Part shown: piece after piece, positions 49,659 to 59,072 of the stretch
How the letters are laid out: every line of letters begins with the position of its first letter
Position numbering within the stretch: position 1 is the first letter of the stretch
Source of the DNA: an uncultured Nitrospiraceae bacterium
GTDB taxonomy: Bacteria > Nitrospirota > Thermodesulfovibrionia > Thermodesulfovibrionales > UBA6898
Assembly (NCBI GenBank): GCA_963811165.1
Contig: CAWEQH010000010.1
Location: forward strand, 1,056,001-1,120,000
Length of the DNA: 64,000 nucleotides
Direction of reading: 5' to 3'
Made by a program: the position numbers and the translations under genes
The notes under the pieces: generated by a model
Seen by the model: only the letters and a program-made list of their open reading frames with translations
Databases searched by the model: none
Told to the model about the DNA's origin: nothing

Positions 49659-51755
49659 CTATTCCGCCGCTGAACCTTTCTCCTTCATCGCCTCTTTCCT
49701 GCTCAGGCGGATCCTGCCCATCTTGTCTATCTCTATTACCTTCACGAGGACCTCGTCTCCTTCTTTGACCACGTCGGTGACCTGCGCCACCCTCTTGTCA
49801 TCGAGCTGAGAAATATGGACGAGCCCCTCAGTCCCGGGAATGATCTCTACGAAGGCCCCGAAATCCATGATCCTCTTGACCTTGCCATGGTAGATCTTCC
49901 CGATCTCCGCCTCGGCGGTAATATTGTTGATGATGTCTATCGCCTTCTGGGCGGCTTCGCCGTCCGCGGCGGCGATATTGATAAGGCCGCTGTCGTCTAT
50001 GTCTATCTTTACGCCCGTCTGCTCGATGATGCCGCGGATGACCTTTCCACCGGTGCCGATGACGTCGCGTATCTTCTCTGTTTTGATATGCATGGTGTAG
50101 ATCCTCGGTGCGTGCATCGAGAGGTCGGACCTGGGCCCTTCGAGTGTCTCCTTCATCTTGCCGAGTATGAATACCCTACCCTGCCTCGCCTGCTCAAGCG
50201 CCTTTTCCATGACTCCCCTGGGAATACCACCGATCTTAGTGTCCATCTGGAAGGCACAGATGCCGTTTTCCGTACCTGTGACTTTAAAGTCCATATCGCC
50301 CAGGTGGTCTTCAAGTCCGAGGATATCGGTCAGTACCACAAACCTGTCCCCTTCCTTGATAAGTCCCATGGCGATGCCCGCTACAGGAGATTTGATAGGT
50401 ACGCCGGCATCCATCAGGGCCAGTGTGCCGCCGCAGACCGTCGCCATCGAAGAAGAGCCGTTTGACTCCAGGATGTCCGAGACGATACGCACCGTATAGG
50501 GAAACTCGGTCTTTTGCGGCATGACGGCCTTAAGCGACCTCTCCGCAAGTATCCCGTGACCGATCTCCCTTCTGCCCGGTGACCTAAGGGGCTTCACTTC
50601 CCCCACGCTGAAGGGTGGGAAATTATAATGGAGCATGAAGGTCTTCGACGTCTCCCCTTCAAGCGAATCGATCCTCTGTTCATCATCCGAGGTGCCGAGT
50701 GTAACTACTGCAAGGCACTGCGTCTCACCTCTTATGAACAAAGCGGAACCGTGCGTCCTGGGCAGGATCCCGACTTCGGCAGTGATCTGCCTGATCTGTT
50801 CCGGCGACCTCCCATCGGCCCTGATGTTGTCGTTTAGGATCATGTTCCTTACAAGCTGCTTTTCGATATCGTGAAACACGGCGGAGACCTCCGCCGAGAT
50901 GTTTTTCTCTTCGGTATTGAGCTGCTCGATTATTCCCTTTCTGATCTCGTCGAGGGCCGACTGCCTCAGCATCTTGTCGGGAATAACGATTGCCTCTTTT
51001 ATCTTTCCAAGGGCCATATCCCTGACGGTCTTTTCGAGCGCCACGTCGGTGACCGGCGCAACCACGGTCCTCTTCGGTTTTCCGGCCTTCGCCCTAAACT
51101 CATTTTGGGCCTGGCAGAGACGCTTGATCTCCCTATGGGCGATATCTATCGCCTCGAGGAGGTCCGTCTCGCTCATCTCCTGGGCGCTGCCCTCGACCAT
51201 CGCCACGGCCTCTTCGGTCCCGGCAACAACGAGATTAATATCGCACTCTTCAGCTTCCCTCAAGTCCGGGTTGATCACAAAAGAACCTGATATCCTTCCG
51301 ATCCTTACCGCGCCCACCGGACCGTCAAAGGGTATGTCTGATATATGAAGGGCAGCGGACATCGCGGTGATCCCGAGAAGGTCGGCTATGTTTTCGTCCC
51401 CGTAGGAAAGGACGCTTACGATGCCCTGGGTCTCGCAGGCAAACCCTTTTGGGAAAAGCGGCCGCACCGGCCTGTCGATAAGCCGTGAGGTAAGGACCTC
51501 TTTTTCAGTGGGCCTTCCCTCTCTCTTAAAAAAACCACCGGGGATCTTCCCGGCTGAATAAGTCTTTTCCTGATAATCTATCGTCAGAGGGAAAAAATCG
51601 ATCCCTTCCCTCGGAGTTTTACTGCTGACCGCCGTTGCAAGTATGACCGTATCGCCGTACTGGGCGACCACGGACCCGTCCGCCTGCCTCGCCATCTTGC
51701 CGGTCTCAAAACTCAGCCCTTTTTCGCGGACTTCAATCTCAATTCTATTTACCAT
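49659..51755 (-). CDS. pnp: polyribonucleotide nucleotidyltransferase
   Basis: GGFFKREG, HGSALF.RGETQ, RREIGHG, ESNGSSSMA, GDMDFKV, KH and S1 domains. Confidence 0.98.
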   Translation of the reverse strand: MVNRIEIEVREKGLSFETGKMARQADGSVVAQYGDTVILATAVSSKTPREGIDFFPLTIDYQEKTYSAGKIPGGFFKREGRPTEKEVLTSRLIDRPVRPLFPKGFACETQGIVSVLSYGDENIADLLGITAMSAALHISDIPFDGPVGAVRIGRISGSFVINPDLREAEECDINLVVAGTEEAVAMVEGSAQEMSETDLLEAIDIAHREIKRLCQAQNEFRAKAGKPKRTVVAPVTDVALEKTVRDMALGKIKEAIVIPDKMLRQSALDEIRKGIIEQLNTEEKNISAEVSAVFHDIEKQLVRNMILNDNIRADGRSPEQIRQITAEVGILPRTHGSALFIRGETQCLAVVTLGTSDDEQRIDSLEGETSKTFMLHYNFPPFSVGEVKPLRSPGRREIGHGILAERSLKAVMPQKTEFPYTVRIVSDILESNGSSSMATVCGGTLALMDAGVPIKSPVAGIAMGLIKEGDRFVVLTDILGLEDHLGDMDFKVTGTENGICAFQMDTKIGGIPRGVMEKALEQARQGRVFILGKMKETLEGPRSDLSMHAPRIYTMHIKTEKIRDVIGTGGKVIRGIIEQTGVKIDIDDSGLINIAAADGEAAQKAIDIINNITAEAEIGKIYHGKVKRIMDFGAFVEIIPGTEGLVHISQLDDKRVAQVTDVVKEGDEVLVKVIEIDKMGRIRLSRKEAMKEKGSAAE

Positions 51756-51761
51756 TTTTTC

Positions 51762-52028
51762 CTATTTCCTGATTCCAAGCCGACTGATAATAGTATCGTA
51801 TCGCTCTTTGTTTGATGTTTTCAGATAGTCTAGCAACTTTCTCCTCTGGCCGACAAGCTTAAGCAGCCCCCTCCTGGAATGGTGATCCTTTGTATGAATC
51901 CTGAAGTGCTCGGTGAGATATCCTATCCTTTCACTCAGTATCGCGATCTGTACCTCCGGTGAACCGGTATCCTTTTCGTGGATCTTGAAATCACTAATGA
52001 TCTTCTGCTTGTTTTTTTCGATTCCCAT
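51762..52028 (-). CDS. rpsO: 30S ribosomal protein S15
   Basis: [19 protein letters not shown]. Confidence 0.97.
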   Translation of the reverse strand: MGIEKNKQKIISDFKIHEKDTGSPEVQIAILSERIGYLTEHFRIHTKDHHSRRGLLKLVGQRRKLLDYLKTSNKERYDTIISRLGIRK

Positions 52029-52117
52029 CGAATCACCACCTTTCAATTATAAATTTTCGTGTCGTTAAGATTACCACAGGCCGCGCAGTTCTGTAAAGGT
52101 TACGGGCCGGGGCCGGC

Positions 52118-53770
52118 CTATTTCATTATCGCTCCCTCATTGGCCGAGCTGACGTACCTCGCATATCTTGCGAGATACCCCTTAGTGATCTTCGGCGCCG
52201 GCTTTTTCCATGTTTTCAGTCTCCTGCCGATTTCATCTTCCGTCAAGAGGACATCGAGGCCCCTGCGGGGAATATCGATGCGTATCAGGTCACCGTCTTT
52301 GACCACGGCAAGCGGCCCGCCTTCCATCGCCTCAGGTGAAATGTGCCCTATACAGGGCCCCCTCGTACCGCCTGAGAACCTCCCGTCGGTGATAAGCGCT
52401 ACCGATTCGCTAAGCCCCATGCCGGCTATCGCCGAGGTGGGCGACAGCATCTCCCGCATGCCCGGGCCGCCCTTGGGGCCTTCATACCGTATCACCACCA
52501 CATGGCCGGATTTTACCTTCCCCGCAAGTATCGACTTCATCGCCTCCTCTTCGGAATTGAATACTATGGCGGTGCCCTTGAACTTCATCATGTTTTTGCT
52601 GACCGCAGACTGTTTCACGACCGCCCCTCCCGGAGCAAGGTTGCCCTTAAGGACGACGATCCCGCCCTCTGCATGATGGGCGCGTTCCAGAGGCCTGATC
52701 ACGTCCTCATCGAATATCTCCGCTGCATCTGCTATCTCATATATGCTTCTGCCGCCGACCGTTATATTGTCGTGGAGCTTCTTTCTCAGCCTTTTGAGCA
52801 CCGCCGGGATGCCCCCGGCATAATCCAGGTCCTCCAGATAGTTCTTCCCGCCCGGCAGCATATCGGCGATGTGGGGTGTCTGAAGCGCAAGTCTGTCAAA
52901 TGCCTCAAGCGGAAGATCGATCCCTGCATCGTGGGCGATCGCGGGAATATGCAGGGTCGTGTTAGTGGAGCCGCCTAGGGCGAGATCGACCATGATGGCG
53001 TTTTCGAAAGCCCTCATGTTCATGATCTTCCTTGGCGTCACGTTCTTTTTCACAAGTTGCGTAATGAGACGCCCGCTTTCGAAGGCTATCCTCCTTTTCT
53101 TCGAAGATACCGCCAGTGCAGTAGCGCAGCCCTCTATACTCATGCCCAGCGCCTCGGTGACGCAGGCCATCGTGTTGGCGGTATACATACCCTGGCAGGA
53201 ACCTGCGCCGGGACAGGCGCACATCTCCAGTGCCTCCAGTTCCTCACTCCTGATGAGCCCCTTTTTGAACTTGCCGACCGCCTCGAAGGTGTCGCTCGTC
53301 AGGTTCAGCCTCCTGCCCTTATAATGCCCCGAAATCATCGGCCCCGCGGTCACCACAATCGAAGGGATATTCACCCTTCCCGCAGCCATGAGCATGCCGG
53401 GTGTGATCTTGTCGCAATTGGTAAGAAGTACGAGCCCGTCGAGCTTGTGTGCCTCGGCGACCGTCTCTACCATGTCGGCGATAAGTTCCCTTGAGGCAAG
53501 AGAATAATGCATCCCGCCGTGGCCCATGGCGATCCCGTCGCAAATGCCCGGGATACCGAAAAAAAACGGATACCCTCCCCCGGTATGCACTCCCTTTTCA
53601 ATGAACCTCTCGAGGTCCCTCATCCCGGAATGACCCGGTATCAGGTCGGTAAAACTCGTGGCAACACCGATAAAGGGTTTCCCGATTTCGCTCTTGGGAA
53701 GCCCCGTTGCGTAAAGCAATGCCCGGTGGGGCATGCGTTCAATGCCTTCTTTTATTATCTTGCTTCTCAT
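52118..53770 (-). CDS. ilvD: dihydroxy-acid dehydratase
   Basis: [50 protein letters not shown]. Confidence 0.97.
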   Translation of the reverse strand: MRSKIIKEGIERMPHRALLYATGLPKSEIGKPFIGVATSFTDLIPGHSGMRDLERFIEKGVHTGGGYPFFFGIPGICDGIAMGHGGMHYSLASRELIADMVETVAEAHKLDGLVLLTNCDKITPGMLMAAGRVNIPSIVVTAGPMISGHYKGRRLNLTSDTFEAVGKFKKGLIRSEELEALEMCACPGAGSCQGMYTANTMACVTEALGMSIEGCATALAVSSKKRRIAFESGRLITQLVKKNVTPRKIMNMRAFENAIMVDLALGGSTNTTLHIPAIAHDAGIDLPLEAFDRLALQTPHIADMLPGGKNYLEDLDYAGGIPAVLKRLRKKLHDNITVGGRSIYEIADAAEIFDEDVIRPLERAHHAEGGIVVLKGNLAPGGAVVKQSAVSKNMMKFKGTAIVFNSEEEAMKSILAGKVKSGHVVVIRYEGPKGGPGMREMLSPTSAIAGMGLSESVALITDGRFSGGTRGPCIGHISPEAMEGGPLAVVKDGDLIRIDIPRRGLDVLLTEDEIGRRLKTWKKPAPKITKGYLARYARYVSSANEGAIMK

Positions 53771-53863
53771 ACCATAATCCTCCTAGATAGGCCATGTGAT
53801 GTTGACAACGTTACCTGAACCAGGTGTAAATAGTGTCTGTTTATATACTAAGATTTCATAATT

Positions 53864-53937
53864 CGTCATTCCACGACTTGATCGGGGAATCCAGTCTTCA
53901 GGGCCTCTGGATTGTCCGGTCAAGCCGGACAATGACA
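53864..53937. repeat. CGTC-type REP doublet (palindromic repeat)
   Basis: CGTCATTCC...GGAATCCAG...CTGGATTGTCCGGTCAAGCCGGACAATGAC; possible imperfect outer IR at 53831 and 53963. Confidence 0.7.
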
Positions 53938-53966
53938 AAATTGGACTTTATGCGTAGTCTCTAAAT

Positions 53967-53998
53967 AATCAGGGACGATGCCATGATCGTCCCTGATT
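53967..53998. terminator. hairpin downstream of DUF465 gene
   Basis: AATCAGGGACGAT-N6-ATCGTCCCTGATT. Confidence 0.55.
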
Positions 53999-54037
53999 CA
54001 CTGTGTTATGTATGTCGCTACGGCGGCCCTTTTTCCC

Positions 54038-54268
54038 TCAGCCTACCGGGTGGGCCTTTCTGAAGTCCCTGATGAACTCAGCCATCTTGTCTTTCTTCGC
54101 AAGCTTTTGCTTTTGGAGTTTCTTCCTCTCAACCTCTTCCTCAGGGGTAAGATAGACCTTCCTGTCCATCTCGGCAAGCGTCACGTCGAGGCCATGATGT
54201 TCCTCCAAAACCTTCTTGAACTCGCCGTTCTCTTTTTTCAGGTGTTCGATGATCTCCTGCTCTTTCAA
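54038..54268 (-). CDS. DUF465 (YdcH-like) coiled-coil protein
   Basis: EFKK..EEH..LD...LTPEEE.ERKKLQKQKL..KD; TTG start with GGAGGAG RBS. Confidence 0.85.
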   Translation of the reverse strand: MKEQEIIEHLKKENGEFKKVLEEHHGLDVTLAEMDRKVYLTPEEEVERKKLQKQKLAKKDKMAEFIRDFRKAHPVG

Positions 54269-54495
54269 ATTGTTCTCCTCCCTAAAAAAAATTTATTAGA
54301 ACCCTGGGCGTCGGCCGCCCCAAAGACTGTCTTCGGTTGAGAGGTTTTAAAAAAGAAAGGACTCGTGTCTTTCGGTAAGGGTGAAAGTATTTCTGAGAAC
54401 GTTGTTGTCTTTCTCTGCATGCCGTTATTTTAAGAATATACCTTTTCGGCAAAATTATCAATTCTCAAATCAGTCTGTAATCCGCGGTCGATTGC

Positions 54496-54619
54496 ATGAG
54501 AACGGCATCTGAGCGGCCACAGCCGCGCGTGTCGCATCACCGGGAAGGTGATGCGCGCCGGTGCCCCCGGAGGTCCGGCGCTTCGACGTACCGAGAATGA
54601 GCGATGATGCCGCTCCCAT
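54496..54619 (+). repeat. structured dispersed element, copy E
   Basis: ATGAGAACGGCATC/GATGCCGCTCCCAT stem; core TGAGCGG...CCCCGGAG...CGAGAATGAGCGA. Confidence 0.8.
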
Positions 54620-54645
54620 ACATATATTTTGGATGGTAAAATCGC

Positions 54646-55239
54646 TTACTTTTTCTCTACGATCTTGACCTTCATCTCAATCCGCTCGTTTGGGTTGTCC
54701 CTTGGGTCCCGGGGCTGGCTGACAATCTTGTCGACCACGTCCATTCCTGAAACAACCTCTCCGAAGACCGTATATTGCTTATCCAAAAAGGGCGCCTCCT
54801 TAACGCATATAAAAAACTGCGAGCCCGCGCTGTTGGGGTCAGCGGCCCGCGCCATCGAAAGTGTGCCGCGTTTATGGGGCTTATCGCTAAACTCGGCTTT
54901 TACCGTATAGCCTGGTCCGCCGGTGCCGTGGGTGGCCTTATTGGCGTTCCTGGAATTCGGGTCGCCGCCCTGGATCATGAACCCCGGTATTACCCGATGG
55001 AATATGGTGCCGTCGTAAAAACCTTTTTTTGCCAGCTCAATAAAATTATTGACATGGTTCGGCGCGACCTCGGGGAAAAACTTCAGTTCGATGTTCCCGA
55101 ATTTTGTCTCTATTACCGCTTTCGTATCCGCCATCTTCTTGATCTCCTCCTGCGTGAATTTTTTCGATTTCATCTCTGCCGAAGCCATAGAGGTCAAAAA
55201 TACAACCGCCATGACCGTACAAAAGACCCTCACACTCAT
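54646..55239 (-). CDS. cyclophilin-type peptidyl-prolyl cis-trans isomerase, secreted
   Basis: FYDGTIFHRVIPGFMIQGGDP, GSQFFI, YTVFG; signal peptide. Confidence 0.95.
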   Translation of the reverse strand: MSVRVFCTVMAVVFLTSMASAEMKSKKFTQEEIKKMADTKAVIETKFGNIELKFFPEVAPNHVNNFIELAKKGFYDGTIFHRVIPGFMIQGGDPNSRNANKATHGTGGPGYTVKAEFSDKPHKRGTLSMARAADPNSAGSQFFICVKEAPFLDKQYTVFGEVVSGMDVVDKIVSQPRDPRDNPNERIEMKVKIVEKK

Positions 55240-55250
55240 GATTATGCCTC

Positions 55251-56441
55251 CTATCTGGATTTTTCCATCAATCTGCCGAACTCCGTCAAAGATCTCGCGA
55301 CACAGTCTTCTATTGCAAGTCCCGAGAAAAAATTACCCGTAATGAAAACCTTTTTGCCCCCGATAAGCCTGTCGATATCACCGACGATTTTTTCGTGTCC
55401 AAGAAGCGGGGAAGGAAGGACAGCTGAATTATCGGAGGATGCCTCGAACTTATCCGTGCCTAAGACTTCGGCAATCCTCATCATTTTCCTCGCACGGTCC
55501 AGACCCGGCCCGAAATGGAACGTGAATCCCCTGTATGCCGGGTCCGAAACAATATCGCGCGACACCGCCGAGAAAAATACGTCGTTCACCGGTATAAGCC
55601 CGGCAAAAGGAGGCAGACCTACGGCCTCTTTTCTGACAACCACCCCAAGCGACTCCACCAGCGCGATTTTTATCTCCGCAAGCCGCGCCGCCGCCTCCGG
55701 AAGGACGTTCTTAAGGAGAGCCGAGGCCACCGAAGGCGGCACGGCAAGCCCCAGGTTATCGGCCAGGAATTCGCCGCAGCCGGCGACAGAGACCTTAAAA
55801 ACCGAATTATCGGTCTCGACCGAAGCCACCTCCGCACGGGTAAGCACCTCGATGTTCCTGGCCGATATCACGGCGTCGGCTATCGTTTGAAGGCCGCCTT
55901 GCACGGTAAACTTCTTTATGATGTCTTTTCGGCGTTTCCTTTTCTTAAAGAGCATCTCCGCCGGGAAATCATCTGCCGGCTGCGACGGCACCGCGCTTAG
56001 GGCAGGACCTATGACCCTCTCGAAATTCCTATGCCCGACTATCTTTGAGTAATAGGTCTTGACGGTCCGTCCGGATTTTGAGAGGGTAAAAATGTGCGGG
56101 GCAGAGCATGCAAATTCAAGAAAGTCGAGTTCCGAAGGGATAGATTTCACCTTGCCTTCTACGTACATCATGAAGGGCACCCTTTCCCGGGCCTGAAGCT
56201 TCTCCCTGAGTCCGCAGTCCTCGATAACTCCGATGAGGTTTCCGTATGAGTTATAACAGGTGTGGGCGCCCAATTCGAGCCAGAAGTCATCGACCTGCCT
56301 CATTGTCCTTAAGCATCCGCCCGCCTCAGGCGCCTTCTCAAGTAAAAGCGTCTTAAGGCCGGCCTTTGAGGCATAATGGGCGAGGCTTAACCCGCTTATC
56401 CCTCCGCCGACCACAATGATGTCATATCGTTTCAGATCCAT
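55251..56441 (-). CDS. hemY: HemY-like (proto/copro)porphyrinogen oxidase
   Basis: VGGGISGL, LELGAH, GGLQTI, GLAIEDC; coupled to hemH. Confidence 0.75.
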   Translation of the reverse strand: MDLKRYDIIVVGGGISGLSLAHYASKAGLKTLLLEKAPEAGGCLRTMRQVDDFWLELGAHTCYNSYGNLIGVIEDCGLREKLQARERVPFMMYVEGKVKSIPSELDFLEFACSAPHIFTLSKSGRTVKTYYSKIVGHRNFERVIGPALSAVPSQPADDFPAEMLFKKRKRRKDIIKKFTVQGGLQTIADAVISARNIEVLTRAEVASVETDNSVFKVSVAGCGEFLADNLGLAVPPSVASALLKNVLPEAAARLAEIKIALVESLGVVVRKEAVGLPPFAGLIPVNDVFFSAVSRDIVSDPAYRGFTFHFGPGLDRARKMMRIAEVLGTDKFEASSDNSAVLPSPLLGHEKIVGDIDRLIGGKKVFITGNFFSGLAIEDCVARSLTEFGRLMEKSR

Positions 56442-57433
56442 CCCGCCTCCTTCACGCCCTTCTTCACTATATCACCGAGTGCAGAAATAAAAAGCGGCGA
56501 GGTATTGAGAGATTCCGTCCGTTCGAGCCTTATGCCAAGTGACTGCGCCATTTTCTTATATAGTATATCGATTTCATAGAGGGTTTCGATATGGTCCGAG
56601 ACAAAACTTATCGGCACGACGAGGAGATTTTTCACGCCGCGCCCTGCAAGCTCCTTTATCATCTCGTCGGTCGACGGTTCAAGCCAGGCTACCGGTCCGC
56701 TCTTTGACTGATAGGAAAGGTCCCACGGTATCTTTACCCTCTTGGTGATCTCATCGATAGTGCCCCTGATATGTGTCACATAGGGATCGCCCTCCTCGAT
56801 GAACTTTTTGGGCAGGCTATGGGCGCTGAAAAGGAGATGGACATCGTCGCCTCCGCCGTCGGGCTGATCAAAGAGGGCGGTACCTTTTCTTATCTTCTCA
56901 ACGAGCGCCTCGATATAGAGAGGATGATCATGCCATGAGGGAATCGTAAACACCTCAAGCGGAAACCGGGAAACGACGTCCTTCATCTTGGAAAAAGACG
57001 AGCCCGTGGTCGCAATCGAATAATGGGGGTATAGACCCAGTGCGATGACCTTTCTGATCCCCTGATGAAAAATTTCGGGGACGGTCGCCTCGATAAGCGG
57101 GTGCCAGTACCTCATGCCTATGAAGACTTTAAAAAACCGTGAATCGTGAACTGTGAATCGTGAATCGTTTATTACTTCTTCAAGCGCCTTTGCCTGAGCC
57201 GTCGTTATATCGAAGATCGGAGATTTCCCGCCGATCAATCGATAGAATCCTTCGGTCTTTCTGTGCCGCAGAGTAGAGATGAGATATGCCAACGGTTTTT
57301 GCATGAAAGAAGGTCCGAGCCTGATGATCTCCCTGTCCGAAAAAAGGTTAAAAAGGAAAGACCTCACCGCCTCGAGGGAGTCAGGCCCCCCGAGGTTCAG
57401 AAGCAAAACCGCAATTGGATCATCGGCTTTCAT
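56432..57433 (-). CDS. hemH: ferrochelatase
   Basis: LLNLGGP, IGGKSP, GMRYWHP, LYPHYS, FSAHSLP, YQS, SFVSDHIETLYE. Confidence 0.96.
   Translation of the reverse strand: MKADDPIAVLLLNLGGPDSLEAVRSFLFNLFSDREIIRLGPSFMQKPLAYLISTLRHRKTEGFYRLIGGKSPIFDITTAQAKALEEVINDSRFTVHDSRFFKVFIGMRYWHPLIEATVPEIFHQGIRKVIALGLYPHYSIATTGSSFSKMKDVVSRFPLEVFTIPSWHDHPLYIEALVEKIRKGTALFDQPDGGGDDVHLLFSAHSLPKKFIEEGDPYVTHIRGTIDEITKRVKIPWDLSYQSKSGPVAWLEPSTDEMIKELAGRGVKNLLVVPISFVSDHIETLYEIDILYKKMAQSLGIRLERTESLNTSPLFISALGDIVKKGVKEAGWI
57139..57168. repeat. heptamer tandem repeat inside hemH
   Basis: GTGAATC-GTGAACT-GTGAATC-GTGAATC-GT encoding NDSRFTVHDSRF. Confidence 0.8.
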
Positions 57434-57500
57434 TTTTAAGGTAGTTCCCCTGCCTCATGTAGTCTATAAAAATTGATGGACCAGATAAGATCATGCACTA

Positions 57501-57692
57501 TTAGCCTGTTTTACTTGTCTTGCTTGTTTTTTGCTTTCCTGGAAATTTCTTAAGCACACGTCCTCCTTCGTATACAACCAATGGAGTATGCGTCTCCTCG
57601 GCAATCTTTTTCGCCCTCGTAGCCGCGCGCCTCAGCGCGATCTCCGCCTTTGCAAGATCGATATCCCGAATTTGCATTTTGACTTTGCTCAT
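57501..57692 (-). CDS. small basic protein, putative partner/antitoxin of the zeta-like ATPase
   Basis: ATGA overlap with the upstream gene; ALRRAA.RAK.IA..T.TPLVV pattern. Confidence 0.65.
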   Translation of the reverse strand: MSKVKMQIRDIDLAKAEIALRRAATRAKKIAEETHTPLVVYEGGRVLKKFPGKQKTSKTSKTG

Positions 57693-58213
57693 TCCTTTTC
57701 TCCTTCGTCAAGAAGTTTCGGTTTCTCTCCTGAATTGTCGAAAAGAACCCAGGCATCTACCATTTTTTTGTAAAGGTGCTGAAAATTGAGCCAGCCTTTT
57801 TCATATCTGCGTCTGATAGTCTGCTCCGGGACGTTGTGGCCGCCCTGCCTAACACGATTCTTTACCCGTTCAATTGCGGTCAGAACATCCGGGAGATAAA
57901 GGAAAATCAATTTTATTTTATAACCCATCCGCTGCCATTCGGGGATCATATGGGCGTAGGTCCTGCCGCTCAAAGTGGTTTCAAAAGCAAAACTTTCGCC
58001 GCTCGAAGCATGCCTTTTGATCTCCTCGATCATAAGTCTGCCTGCATGAAAGGACGCTATCTCGGGGATAAATGGAGAAATGCCTGCTGCGATAAGATCC
58101 GCATTCACAAAGACCGGGCAGCTTGCCTCTTTTGGTAAATACTCAAGAGCAAAAGTGGTCTTGCCCGCACCGTTTGGTCCCGCGATAACTATTATTTTCT
58201 TGTTCTTATTCAT
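57689..58213 (-). CDS. zeta-toxin-family P-loop ATPase (COG4185-like)
   Basis: IAGPNGAGKTT, VNAD.IA, FETTLS, RV..RV.QGGH.VP...I.RRY, DNS. Confidence 0.88.
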   Translation of the reverse strand: MNKNKKIIVIAGPNGAGKTTFALEYLPKEASCPVFVNADLIAAGISPFIPEIASFHAGRLMIEEIKRHASSGESFAFETTLSGRTYAHMIPEWQRMGYKIKLIFLYLPDVLTAIERVKNRVRQGGHNVPEQTIRRRYEKGWLNFQHLYKKMVDAWVLFDNSGEKPKLLDEGEKE

Positions 58214-58249
58214 CCTTCCTCTAACCATATCTTGCCTCATTAAGGTTCA

Positions 58250-58353
58250 TTAGCGCGCTTGAGCCCGACCTAAGTTCAGGAGCAAAACCGCAACCGTCTC
58301 ATTGTCTTTCATATTCAAGGTGGTTCGCCCGCCGTCTGTAGTCTATAAAAATT
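58250..58353 (-). pseudogene. diverged duplicate of the hemH 5' end and upstream region
   Basis: 58250-58312 encodes MKDNETVAVLLLNLGRAQAR* versus HemH MKADDPIAVLLLNLGG; upstream TGTAGTCTATAAAAATT identical in both copies. Confidence 0.8.
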
Positions 58354-58427
58354 AACGGCCCATCGTCAAAAATTCAGGCACCTGTTTTCTCGGCAAATTG
58401 CCCATCCGGAAGTATAATAAGACAGTT

Positions 58428-58595
58428 ATGAAAAAAATTGTCATGACGGGTATGGTGATAGGGTCCTTCATAGGAAGCTTTATTCCCTTGCTTTGGGGCG
58501 ACAGCGCCTTATCCATGTCTTCTTTATTCTTTGGCGCCGTTGGGGGGTTTATCGGCATTTGGGCCGGTTATAAGATAGGGCAAAATTGGGGTTAG
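58428..58595 (+). CDS. small two-TM Gly-rich membrane protein
   Basis: MKKIVMTGMVIGSFIGSFIPLLWG...GGFIGIWAGYK. Confidence 0.65.
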   Translation: MKKIVMTGMVIGSFIGSFIPLLWGDSALSMSSLFFGAVGGFIGIWAGYKIGQNWG

Positions 58596-58606
58596 GAGGA
58601 ATATAT

Positions 58607-59071
58607 ATGCAAAAAATCACACCACATTTATGGTTTGACAAAGAAGCTAAGGATGCAGCCAAATTCTATACCTCCGTCTTCCCAAAATCGAAGATCAAAG
58701 ACACTACGACACTCCATAACACCCCTTCCGGTACTGTGGATATCGTTACCATCGAGCTTTTAGGGCAGGAATTCATGCTGATCTCCGCTGGCCCTCTTTT
58801 TAAGTTTAATGAATCAATCTCGTTCATCATCAACTGCGATACCCAGGAAGAAATAGACTATTACTGGGAGAAACTCTCCGCAGTTCCAGAAGCGGAACAA
58901 TGCGGCTGGCTCAAGGACAAGTACGGCCTTTCATGGCAGATTGTCCCAACATTAATGAGCAAGATGATGAGGGACAAAGACAAGAAGAAACTCGCACGGG
59001 TGACCGAAGCGTTTCTCGAGATGAAGAAGTTTGATATTGCAACCCTCAAGCGGGCATACAAGGGGGTATAG
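58607..59071 (+). CDS. VOC/PhnB-like (3-demethylubiquinone methyltransferase family) protein
   Basis: MQKITPHLWF, FNESISF, CGWLKDKYGLSWQ, MKKFD. Confidence 0.92.
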   Translation: MQKITPHLWFDKEAKDAAKFYTSVFPKSKIKDTTTLHNTPSGTVDIVTIELLGQEFMLISAGPLFKFNESISFIINCDTQEEIDYYWEKLSAVPEAEQCGWLKDKYGLSWQIVPTLMSKMMRDKDKKKLARVTEAFLEMKKFDIATLKRAYKGV

Positions 59072-59072
59072 T

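Noticed and set aside
10209..54619. Interpreting the dispersed structured repeats as CRISPR repeats, tRNAs or hammerhead ribozymes
   Set aside because: No regular repeat-spacer array or cas genes, no cloverleaf or TTCGA arm, and no CTGATGA...GAAA core.
54775..55890. 371-aa plus-strand ORF and similar long antisense ORFs (22588-23625, 38447-39397, 46056-46970)
   Set aside because: They overlap well-supported genes on the opposite strand and lack recognisable motifs.
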